Shown: one piece after another, positions 50,142 through 61,900 of the stretch
Layout of the letters: each line of letters begins with the position of its first letter
How positions within the stretch are numbered: the stretch's first letter is position 1
Source of the DNA: Bilabrum cf. latius
Taxonomy: Eukaryota
Assembly: GCA_965178125.1 (NCBI GenBank)
Contig: OZ237760.1
Span: forward strand, 558,001 to 622,000
DNA: 64,000 nucleotides
Direction of reading: 5' to 3'
The notes under the pieces: model-generated
The model's database searches: none
What the model was told of the DNA's origin: nothing
What the model saw: the letters and a program-made list of their open reading frames with translations, nothing else
Position numbers and translations under genes: made by a program

Positions 50142-50204
50142 GAGAATAGGACAGGCTCAACAGGCAATAAGCTGCGGGGTGCAGAGTGGGTGTGTCCCAC
50201 TCGT

Positions 50205-50262
50205 GACTGGATGATGGCAGGGTGACCAACGGCCGCAGGGCCGCTCACCCAGCCTAACAGGT
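50205..50262 (+). promoter_or_regulatory. Candidate form-2 SECIS element in the TrxR 3' UTR (non-canonical 3' core)
   Basis: ATGA 50211-50214; helix GGC-A-GGGTGA / TCACCC-A-GCC; unpaired AA at 50228-50229; ministem CGGCC-GCAG-GGCCG. The 3' core reads TAAC instead of TGAN. Confidence 0.65.
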
Positions 50263-50672
50263 GCCGCTCAGCATTGAAATGTTGAGACAAAGAAGGATTG
50301 AACAGAAGTGCATCGCAAAGTGTCCACTCACGCTGTCTCCCGCCCGTCCTTTGGCTCAGGATCGGATCACCCTGTCCAAGCCGGAATCTCGTCGCGCTGC
50401 AGCGCCGCTGCATTTACGTGCGAGTAATACGTTATCTGTCGCTATTTACAGCACTATTACAGCGATTTAATTGAGCCTGCGTCGGACGAACGATCGTCCG
50501 TATCACATCAATGGTGTTGCGTGAGATGGACCACCGAAGGTGCATGCTACGAGTGGAAGGGGATTGGCGAGTGCTACACAATGCTGCTTATCCAGTCTAG
50601 TCTCGTCCAATTCAGCTCTTTAGAAACACGAACAAGTTGCTGTGTTCAAAGCAGCCGCGAAGCGACTGCGAC

Positions 50673-53600
50673 ATGGCTGGTTCTGCCGGACACGCGAGTA
50701 TTTCTTGTATACTAGATCCAAAGTCAGCATGTGTAATCAGAATGCCTCAAGACGTCCACATCTTGAACGGCGTTTCAGTATCTACCGCGGAGGGTGGCGG
50801 TGGCGTTCGATGGGTTTTGGATGGCTGCACAAAGCATCCTTTTTTAGATCCACTTTTGGATGCCACGGGAACGTCAAGTGCAGGCCCTGGCCCCCTCGGC
50901 ACATGTTTCGTCCGCGATTCAGGCGGCGTTTCAAGTTCAATGTGGCATGCAATTGCGAACGGGGTGGTATCTTCATCCGCAGATGGACCGCAGGAAGCCG
51001 TCAGTGATCAGTCCGCTCGCTTGGCAGCATGGAGCCAGCTGAGAGTGCGATTACTCACGGACGGTACCGAAAAAGCAAAGCCTACAACTGTCACGTTGCA
51101 CCTCGTGTACCGGACATTCCCGCCAAAAGCTGCAGTGGACACCTCACTGCGACCAGCCGGTGCCCTGCACGCACTAGCAGAAAGCGGCATTTCATGGGGC
51201 TTGATCGCTGGTGGGGGGCACGGCGGCCTGCACCTGTGGGCCTTGGACGGCATCGCAAGCCGCTCGCTTGCCTCTAGCAACTTGCACAGACCACTGCCAG
51301 GCAATGATCTCAAAGAAATGGAAAACACGGGTAGCAGTGCTTCCACGCCCAGTCATGGAGGTGGGGCCGCTGCCGATGCATCTCACGGGGTAATAGCTGG
51401 GGCCGCCTCTGAGCCCACATGTCGCAGAATGCCGCCACGAATGCGCGGAGCTGATATGTTTGATGCATTACAGCGCGGTGGGTGCAAGGTCACAATTGCA
51501 GGCGAATGGGTGGGACCGTACACTGTACAGGTATCAGTCGGCTTGATGCCGGGTGCAGGCACACAGCCAGCGAATCCAAGCGCAGTAAGCCAGGGCGCCA
51601 AAGGTGACGCACCCCCTGCCAAGCTTTCTATGGTGATTCCAGCTTTCGTGCTTCCGAACAAACCGGATGTAGCGGCATAGGCAGCGAAACAGGTACCGGT
51701 TGAATCATCCGTGCCTGGGCCGGGCCACCTACGAGGACACCGACCTGCCCGTGCTGATAGAGGGATGGTGCAGACAGGTGAATTCGAGCCCGCGCACAGT
51801 GAGGTTGAAAGGACAGAACAGGCGGACCAGTTCGACTTCGAAGCCCAGCCCGACTGCGAGACCTTGCCAGCACTGCTTGATGTAGAGGCCATCGGGTTCG
51901 GGCCAAGTCCACGACCAGACAGCTGCCCTCCACCAAGGATCCAAGCTACCAAGCCCCGTGTGGTCATGTCGCCGTGTTTACCGCCCAAACAAGGCAGCCA
52001 AGTCATGGTATCTGACGATCGGCCTGTTGTGGACTCAGCTGGCAGTTTTGCGGAGGAGTGGCCTCCAGAGAAACGGCCGAATGCTCCAATTCGAAGCATT
52101 GCAGACCTGCTAGCTGTGGCAAGCGCCCTAGAAGCCCCCACGAAAATAAGCGAAGCCATGCCAACAGCCGCCCCGTCAGTTTCATTCTGTAGACCCGCCG
52201 CGGCAGATCGGCCGCTTGTTCTTGTGTGCCACGACTGCGGCCCGTCGGTTTATAACGATGACTGCGGCTGGCCCTGCAGCGGCGTTCGTCCTAGTGCTAC
52301 AGGCTCTACTGGTCGTAGTCTGGACGGTGATGATAATGACACGCCTGCCATCAACGGGGCCCCGAAGCTGCCATACGTTTTCACTCAGTGGAGACACTGT
52401 GACGTGTTTGTGTACTTCTCTCACGAGCGAGTGTCCGTGCCTCCGGACGGAGTGATTGCTGCGAGCCACCGCAACGGCTGCAAGTGCCTTGGGACGGTGA
52501 TCTTCGAATGGGCAAAAGGGAGGTCTGACTTGGGGCGGCTGGGAAGCTGCGCAAGAGAGGCTGCCCGGGCTTTGGCAGTGCTTGCCGACAGAATGGATTT
52601 CGACGGGTGGCTGATAAATATCGAGTCGGATGCTGATGCTGAGCCTGGGTGGATGCCAGAGGCGGTCGATGTGAAGGTGCGCGGCGATGGCGTTGCACAG
52701 GGTTGGGAGCCCGGGACGGACTAGATGCACGCATTCACGTACTGGCTGAGGTACGAGTGCAGGCAGCTTGCAGCACAGACCAATAAAGCTGATCCTCTAG
52801 TGATTTGGTACGATGCGATGAGCCTCTCAACTGGGAAGGTGAAGTGGGAGTGCTAGCTCAGCAAGGAGCACAACGCTGCGATGCTGCTGCCAGTCTCAAG
52901 CTCCTTTTTTGACGCCAGTGCGAGCACCAGTGCCAGCGATGCTGATGGCAGCAGTCAGACCGATGATAGGCAATGGATCCAGAAGCAAAGCAGTGATGCG
53001 ATCTTCATGGATTATCACTGGCAAAAAGAATGGCCAGCCAACTCTGTCGACTTGCTGCGTGAGCTTCAAGCACAGAGTACTGCGCTGCATGCATCAGATA
53101 GTGCCAAACAACTCGCAGCCTTTGCTCCTGCGCATTCATTGTGTTCCTCAAACTCGCTTCTATTTGGGATAGATGTGTGGGGCCGAGGAACGTGGGGAGG
53201 TGGAGAATTCCAGTCTGGGGTAGCGGTCGACTTGTGCCGAAGAGCTGGTACAGGTGTGGCGATTTTTGGCCAAGCATGGGCGTGGGAGAAAGCGCAGTCA
53301 GACGCTACTATCGTTGCAAAGCAAGTCATGAAGCTCTTACGGGCGGGGACTAGCAGGGGGATCACACCAGAGGCGCTCGCCGGCATTGATGTGCGTGGGA
53401 TTGCAGCTTGGTTCTCGAGTCTGCATCCAGAGGGAAAACAGCGAGTAGTTGAAAGCTTGCTCTGGGATGGTGGCGTTTTTCCAAGGCAGCTGAAACCCAA
53501 CGTGCTTCTGCATGTCCTGGATGCAATCGGAGGCACGAGCGATGCGGGCATTCAGTTCCACTGTAAGAGAGCTGCATAGAGCTCTCGCCGAATCGGGGAA

Positions 53601-55700
53601 GTAGTGCGGAAGATTATTCAGTCTGAAGGATCCGCAGCTGGCAATCATGCCATTCTTTGCCATTCTCCTTGGCACTGGCTTGCAGCCGGTGGAAGAAGCA
53701 GCGCAGATTTGGGTACCGAGGATGAAGCTGCGGTTGCTAGCAAGTTGGAGCGGCTGGCTGAAGCTGTATCTAATAGCAGCGCATCTAGGCAAACAGGTGA
53801 CACTCTCTGCCGTGATGACTAGCTCTAGACTGCTATTAGGAGCTGTACACACGTTTTGAAAGGGTGTCCAGACGGAATGGTGTTACAGCTTGCAGGGCTG
53901 TGCATAACTGGCCAGTCTAGCATAGACTGCGCGGGTCAGCCACACCTTAGTGTTGGGATCAAGTATAGGAGCAGCTCAGTACTTCATGGAGGTGATGGCT
54001 GGAAAATGATGGCGATTTCAAACGAGCGAGCCCCTTCCGAGTGGGCAGGCAGGCTGCCCTGTTTTTGCTTGCGTTCCTCCCACGCCTGGAGCGATCTGCA
54101 GTGGACCCTAGGAATATCCTCTAGAGATCATCAGGCAAAAGAAGCCGTGGACTGTGGCGAAGAAGCTGGCTAGCTGCCGCTGACTAGCTTGCGTAGGTCT
54201 GGTTCGTCATCTGCGCAGGTGTGCTTCTCTGTCTGGATTGCAGGTGTACCATCCGACATGCGAGACCCGTACAGTCTCTCTCTGCAGGTCGTCGATGGCC
54301 ACGGGGTTGTGCTGCATGAATCAACCGCAAAAGGAGTCGCAGAAGAATCTAGAGACGGCTCGCCTTTCTGGACCAAAGTCACCGTGTCTGCGCCTCTGCC
54401 GAAGAGCTTGCTGTCAGGTGCCTCCAACAACTTCACGTTGCAAGCCCGGGTGCAGGCCAAGGACGCGGAGCACTGGGCAGGGCACTTTGGGTGCGACGTA
54501 GCGTTACCTAGCATTGCATTCATTGGTTGTTGCGTCGATAAAATCGGCTTTCAGGCCTACGGTTTGGCAGGGCATGCCGCAGACCAGAGCGATGCAACCT
54601 CAACGGCGAGCACGCATGTGCCAATTGATGGTGGGCCAGAGTCTGAATAGATACATCCGAGCTCCGGTTTGGGTAATACCACTGGTCATATGTGTCATGC
54701 AGTGGGTCCAACTATAGGGAATGCGCTTGGGAGTCTCGCTGTCAGCTCCGAGTCGGGCTCGCATTTGGAACCAGCTTGTGCTGCCCACGCTACTTCCTCG
54801 CCTAGCTCCAAGCCCTTCATGGTTGGCTACCCTAGACGATTAATTGATCTAAGCGGCGGAGGCTACTTTGAGTCTAGTTTTAACGTGGGAAGGGGTCGAT
54901 GTCTAAGCCTGCAAAGTGCAAGCGCAGCTGCGCCAACAGGGCCAGCGAGCGGAGCTGGAAGCTTAGCCAGCCTTCAAATAGCAGAACCCTATGAAACAGC
55001 AAGGTGGTGGTCTGATTGGAGCCTTCAAAGCACCTTGCCGCATTGGCTTGGTCTGGAAGGTAGCATCCATCCTGACCAGGTGGACCAACACAGCTTGTTC
55101 TCCGCAGTTTGCTACGGTATGCCCGGGGGTGAGCATGGCGATGCAGCCCACTGTGTAAGCAGCACTAGCAGCGCACACCACGTACCAATGATGGCTATGA
55201 TTTTGGACCAATACAGTAGGTCTGCTGAGCGAATTGCCCTTCGTCTATCGTTGCTGCCTCCACCTGATGGTGCGAGCTCCAAGCGGCGTGTGGGCGTGAC
55301 TGCGCTGTACGGTCTGTGCCTCCCTACGCACCGATGCAAAGTAGAAGTGTCGATCGCATACCAATATCATACGAGCGCAATCATTGGTGCAAGTCCTGAA
55401 ACAGCTGGTAGTAGCGGGCAGCGGGATGTTCCGGAGCAACCATGGGTCGTTCCTGTGCTGATAGCATGGACGGATCCGTCCAACTCCGTATGTTTGCCGA
55501 GGCAAGGCATAAAGTCATCGCAAGATACTGAATTGATCACATGTATTGTAGATTTTGAGTTGGAACGATAGGAAATGGACAGCTCTCCGTTTCCACGAGG
55601 CAAGCGGCAGGTGTGGCTCGGTGTAGCAGCTGCAAGCTCAGGAACAAGCGAGTTTCCGCTTGCAGTATCCAAATTGGGGGTAAATGTAGACACTGTTTGA
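50673..55700 (+). CDS. ENGASE: Endo-beta-N-acetylglucosaminidase (GH85) with long N-terminal extension and FBA-like domain, 1,675 aa
   Basis: One frame through 9 TAGs (51678, 52722, 52854, 53577, 53820, 53826, 54171, 54648, 55569), ending TGA 55698-55700. Motifs LVCHD, DVFVYFSH, HRNG..LGT.IFEW, FDGWLINIE (catalytic N-x-E), VIWYD, FGIDVWGRG. Start codon uncertain. Confidence 0.85.
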
Positions 55701-55869
55701 TAGTAAAAATCTTTCGGACTGTTATTGTGACCTTAGTGAACTAAGTCGTGTAAGAAAATGAGAAATCACTGCCGACGGTTTCATTGGAGCAAGTGCTCCG
55801 GCGTGTTCCGATCCTTGCAGAGAGTGCTCGCACTCAGCCGAGCGGTCACACAATTAACGTTTGCTTGCA

Positions 55870-58857
55870 ATGGCAGCCGCATCTGCAGGGATAACCCAGC
55901 AACTTAAGCACATCGTACAGCTTGAAAAGCGTAAAGAAGAAGCAACTGATTTCCAAAAGGATGCACTAAAACTTGATGCTGAAACAAGGAGGATGAGCAA
56001 CACGGCCTCGATCATACAGCGGGACCTGACAAGCGCTTCAGCTGGCCTTCAAGACTTATCTTCAAGTCATGATCAAGTTAAGAGTCTTATGGCTGCTGTT
56101 CGAAAGGTCAGTGCACAGAACATTGAGCAGAGGCAGGCCGCTCTGCATCACCTTCCTACGAGCCTAGCGCAGCTGGCCAGCGTGGAACGCAGACTAGCCC
56201 AGCTTCTCATGCGAGCTGCTACTGCGCATGATTCTGACAAGTGGATGACTGGTACCTTTCAGCCGGAGAAATCGTCTACCTTCGCTGAAGATGGGCAGCT
56301 CAGCGATATGTGGGCTAGCCCATTGATGGCGTCTACATGCCTGCAACCCGGTAGCCTTCACTCGTCTGTCACAAAGGCCATTGCCGCAGCAGAGCAGCAT
56401 GAAAACGTTGCTGCTAAAATTCGTTCTGATGCCTTCATGCAGCAAGCAATTTCACCGGATGAAGACGCCGTCAGCCACTCTTCGTCGTCTTCTGGCAGCG
56501 ATGATTCTTCGGACAGTGATGACGATGAATCGGCGGAGATCACCTCGTTGATTGGATCAGGGACAGGTTCGAAAGGTCCAAGCCCATCATCAGGCCCTGC
56601 CAGCAGCAAGGACTCTTCTACGTCGTCTTCACAAGACGAAAAGGCTGCATCGGTGACTGAGGTGCTATCTACCATGCGGCCGGGCCTGACTCTCCGTCGT
56701 GGCGGCATCTCCTTTCCATCGGGTGATGAGCCCAACTCGTTGCCATGGTTCAGCAAAGAGCCTTTACTTACCTAGTTGATCGAGCCCACGGGCCACAGCC
56801 TCGCACAGTTCTCCATCGATGTCCAGGACAACATCGCGCTGGCAGCTGCTCGCCTGTGGCACCCGGCGAGCAGGATGACCAAGTGTGTCGGCGAGATGCT
56901 GCCATTCCTGCCAGGCTTCCCATCGGACGGCTGGGTAGATGCGAGTCGGCAGGAGGCCTCGCTCGAGGCTAAGGCCAGCCTGCATGTCGCGCTCTTCCAG
57001 CGGAACACTACGTTGAACATACCGAGCCCGGCACTGACAGCCACTACAACAGCCAGAGGCGAGCCTGTGGCATCGATTGAGGCAGAACTTCATAGGAAGA
57101 GGCTAGCAGTGGCAAGAGCCTTTTCGACGGTGCTTACGGCAACGGACAGATCTCGCGAAGCAACGAAGTCTGCGGAGGAGCTACTTGCCAAAGCATGTGA
57201 GCTCTGGCATGCTTTACCATGCACGACACGCGTTGCGTACCAATGCTTTCGCCGTATACTTTCAAATTTCACACTTAAATTCAATTCTATTCGCAGCTAC
57301 TATCTCATCTATGGCTGCTTATATCAGCGATGTCGGGGGGGCAGAGTCTGATATCGCAGAAGAGGCTTCCATGGCCAGGGACGACATCCAGCAAGCCGCC
57401 AAGGTCGCAGCTGGGCAGACGGCTGTACTCATGCCGGTCCGTACCGAGCTGCAGCAGCTCGATGAAGCAATTTCTGCGAAGCAGATCGAGATCAAGAAGT
57501 TCCAGGGCCGCATCCAGTTGGTTAAGGAGCAGCTTGAGCACAACGCAGAGACCCGTGGAGTCGACGTTCACTTCTAGAGACCCGGTCCGCTGGCCAAGCA
57601 CGAGGACAGCCTCCAAGCGCTCAACGGAAAAGCTATGAGAATGGAAGAAGATGGGATGAAGCTCCATGAGTCGGGCATGAGCGTCATTTCGCAATCCATG
57701 GGGCAGGTCACCAAGGAGATGGAACAGCTGCGCGGATGGATCACGGATGCAGCCGCAGCAAGCGCGACCATGGCTCGCACCGTGCAGAGCAGCCCCACAA
57801 CTACAGCTTCACTTTTTGCTGATGCATACAACACAAGCAGTGGTACCATTGCACATGTTAGCGAAACCCTAAAGCAGATGCAGGCATGCCTCGACCAGGT
57901 CGCGTTCGGGCTGAACAGTTGTACCTCGGACGCAGTCGCACAGGCCGCCAGCGTTTACTGCGGAAAGACTGCAGAACTTGCTACGGCATGCAATCAATGC
58001 TTGGATGCTACTTCGAAGGCAATCGCACAGCTTGCAGATGCTTGCATGCAGAAGGCGAAGCAAGTCGAGACGCAGCGCGCATCCATGGCAGACGAGGTGA
58101 CCACGCTCAAGTAGTCTGTCGCTGAGTGGATGTCCGCACTGCTGGAGGAGCACTTCAACGTGTTATCCGAAGACTGTCTTAAATTTAAGACGGGTACTGT
58201 CGGATTCGTGGAGATCGCGACAAAGCTCCGATCCTAGCTGCAGCAAGCGAGCTCTGTTGCAGAGGTCGAGGAGGTGCTGCTGGAGTTCAAGCAGCGACTA
58301 GCTGATGCCAGCGAAGCAGAGACAGATGCAGCAGCTCTGGAGCAGAAGGAATCGGAGACCATCCGCAAAGAAGCAGCTGCTATTGACTAGAGGGTACAGG
58401 CCTTGCGCGCCAAGGCTGGATCGGTTCACCGCAACCTGCTCGAGAGCGGCGCGGCCATCGCCCGTGTGGCCCAGCAACGTCTCATCGCGAGCGACGGTGC
58501 GTAGCAGAAGCTTGCAGCAGCACTTGAAGCTGCCGCTGCGTGCACTGAAGGGCCAGCCGAAGTCCCGCTCCACGCATCGACCAAGAGCCTCCGTCAGCTC
58601 TCCCAGACTCTCCGCGAGGTGCTGCTCGACAGCATCCGAGACGAGACTGTAAGACTTATTAGCTCGATAAACATAGGGATAAGTATAATTGATCTTGCAT
58701 GCATTCAGGAAAATGGCTCAATCCAAAGCATACTTGCCCCTCGCAGACTGCCAACGACCTGATCGACCACCTTGAGGAACATGGCGACACAGCAGCTGCA
58801 AGCGGTGCTCGGGTCAAGACCGCGTTGGCAAGCCTGCAATAGATTAGTGCGAAGTAA
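55870..58857 (+). CDS. Uncharacterised coiled-coil-rich protein, about 929 aa; exons 55870-57196, 57297-58648, 58747-58857
   Basis: Heptad-like A/E/Q/L/K-rich sequence. Introns GTGAGC...TCGCAG (100 nt) and GTAAGA...TCGCAG (98 nt) are AT-richer and restore the frame. 7 TAGs. Ends TAA 58855-58857. Confidence 0.7.
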
Positions 58858-58971
58858 GATCCCGTAGTCCCCACTAAAGTCATATTGCGCTCAACTCCAA
58901 AGCGAATCGAAATTACGCTAACCTTGATCCCATGTATCGACGCAGGCACGACACGGCTCTGCTCACGAAAC

Positions 58972-61900
58972 TCAGCCAAGGGCTCGCAGCGCAGCAATAA
59001 GGCTCCTTGCCGAAGCTGATGTCGCTTTAAGCAGCCGCTAAAGACCCAGTGTGCCCTTTTCCATGAATTGAATCCGGCTAGTATACACTTCCACGATATC
59101 CATGAGCTCTTCAGCTTGTTCCTGTGAACACACAATTGATCCAGACTGCACCAACAGCTCGAGCCGTTGCATGATAAGATTTGGCATTCCTCTTGCCCAG
59201 CAACCGCCCAGCAAAGCATCAGCGACCGAAACTTCCATCGCACTGCCGAGCTTCCCAACAAGCCCAAAGCGCTGGATGATCGGCAGGAGCGCGAGCATGG
59301 TGGCTGGCGCTTGATACGAATCAACCCGCCCAATCTCCATGATTCGCGTGCACAGACTCGTGCTTGCAATGAGGTCTACTACACCTCTGCTGCCAAGTTC
59401 CACACTATGTGACCTGCCTTCGGCCGGGCTGTTTGCACTTGAGAGCACGGCAGATCGCAACAGCAGGTCGAGCAGAAGCATCTGCTCTCGGCTTTGCATC
59501 GCAACTTGGCATGCTGAGCTCGAACCTATCCCCGCCGAAGCAGCCGCGATAACTCCATCGCCCCCAGGCGTTAACTTCCCCGCCAGTCGTTTCTTCATGG
59601 CAACCATGCCGCGCATCCAGACCATCATGGCCTCTTGGCAGCCGCTTGAGCTTGTCCCGGCATCCGCTCTCTTGGCTGTGCCGCCATCAACACCAGCTGC
59701 TGCAGTTGTAGCCAAGTCGGGCTCATCAAACGGGCGCTAGTACAACAGAGATACGGGAAGTTTCTTTGCTACTAGCGGGTAGACTTCGGCGGGCGTCCAC
59801 ACCATGGTCGATTCCGATTCACAAACTGGCACGGTTGCACTGCCGTCAGCCGTAGCAGCAGCACCAGCCACACAGGTCTAGTCCGGAATCGAAGTGCCAT
59901 CTTCTTCTGCCAGCGATCGTAGCAATGCAAACATCTAGTTTGGATTCAGCTCTAGCAAGCTCTATGCACTCAGCAAAGGATCCAGTGCAGCCTAACACAC
60001 CTCAACGGCAGCCTGCCTTGCTCTCCTCCTCCTGTCGCTGATTATTCCTTCACTCGCTGCTTCAGCAGACGTCGCAAACATTGAGACCCGCTCGTCGGCA
60101 AACGATTTCTCCTAGCTTGCTGCTCCGAATAAATCATTGGCTGCGGAAATCTGCAGCTGGATCTGCGCCAACTCAGCTGCAACGAGTCGACCCATGGTTG
60201 GCACTCTCGATGTCCGCCGGCCTCCTTCAGCAGCACAGAGCAGGTGCATAGCTGCAAGGAATGGGTGCTTTTCGTCCGGTGGTGTTGCTATTCTGTGAGC
60301 TATCGAAGCCAATGGTGCATAACTCAGCTGAACCTGGCTCGGGAGATAGGTATCCCCGGCTGCTGTCAATCCAGGCGAGCCAAGCTGCGATTGGTGGTTT
60401 CGCATGTCTCGCAGGAGCGGCTTGCATACCCTTCTGTAGGTATCTGCCGACCAAGGTGCTTTGTACACCGCCTGAAGTATCACACGAGAGCAAATGCACA
60501 GTAATGACTCGGCTGGTACCGATAAGCTTGACAGCTTGTGCGCGTGACTGCTAGCCGGGCTCGATCCATGCGTCCAGCACGCACACCTGAACGCCTTCTA
60601 GACCGCACATTCCACGCGTCTGCTTCCAGGACTCACGACATACTGTAAGCTTCCTTTGGATGCCACTGATGGAGCTCGCGCTCCCCGAGCCTAGCTAGCG
60701 CGAACAGCACCCAAGCACAACGTGAGCAACCTCACTGGCATAACTCTGTTCTGTCGAGGCTGCACCCCGCTGCTGGCAAGTGACAAGCAGGCGTTTACAC
60801 ACGATCCTCCAAGTAATGCTAGCCTCGATAGCAATAATGCATCATCTTCCAATAGGTCTCTCGGCTTCAAAAGAAGCCTGGGTCGGTTGGGCTGCATTGG
60901 TCCGGGCAAAGCTTCCAGAAAAGCAGCCAGTCCGGCGACTTTTGCGTCCGGTTCTGTTAGCGACAAAAGGCAAGCGTAGATCTAAATTGTCCCAGCGGGT
61001 TGTCCATATAGCAATAGGCTTCTGGATGCATCGTCGATGCAGTGCTTCGCAAAATCGTACGAGAACGGCGAAAGAGCGCTGGCCGCTGAACGACTCGGAG
61101 GTACCACCCAGCGCTGGAGAATCTGCTCTGTGAGCAAAGATAAGATCACGCAGGAGGGAGCAGCATGAGCTAACACCCACTGCTTCTGGCCCACTTTCTG
61201 CGCTTTGCTGCAGCGCGCTGCAGAAGTCCTCGAAGAAGGCCCTCCTCCTCCCTTGGCTCTTGCTCGTCTTGATCGCCGAGACTTCGAGCTAGCAGCCCCA
61301 GGGCTGCCTCCGCTGGCACTGCCAGCCCGATCTTCTTTGCCTGAAGCAATTGAAACATGCAGTGGCATGGATTGGTGCAGCAGCGCCCAGCCTTGTATCT
61401 GGCTAAGCGGGACTTGCCTGCTGTCGCACATACGCTAATACAAAGCCGGCAGCCTGTGCTACAGCGCGGCGCGAGTGCTCGGAAGCATGCAGACCAGCGC
61501 ACCAGATTCATGCCCTTCTTCCACAAGAACCCTCTGTGTTGACATACTTGTGGTAAGCGGTCTCAGTGTCGGCAACAATACGACGTCTGACAGCTTGCGC
61601 TACCCTCCGTCCAGAATGTGCCCGGACGGTACGATTGGAATCGACATAATGCCGGATCCACAGGGAACCTAAAGAGGAGAAATGATGCAACTTGCTAACT
61701 GGAGCATACGAACATGCTCATCTGTGAGTTCACTTGCATCGCCATGGCCTACAGAAGCCTCTGGTCTAGTCCCGGTCCCCATGATTCTAGCATAACACAT
61801 GGCTCCCACATGCACCAGGGCGGATGGGATGCTGTGCACGGCGCCTTCCAGCTGAGCTGTTCCTACAGCCCGCTCCACGGCCTCTTGTATCTGCTTGGCG

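Noticed and set aside
58972-60100. Assignment of the last gene to DIL-domain or vesicle-tethering (COG/exocyst) families
   Set aside because: The resemblance is only a vague helical pattern and cannot be supported without a profile search.
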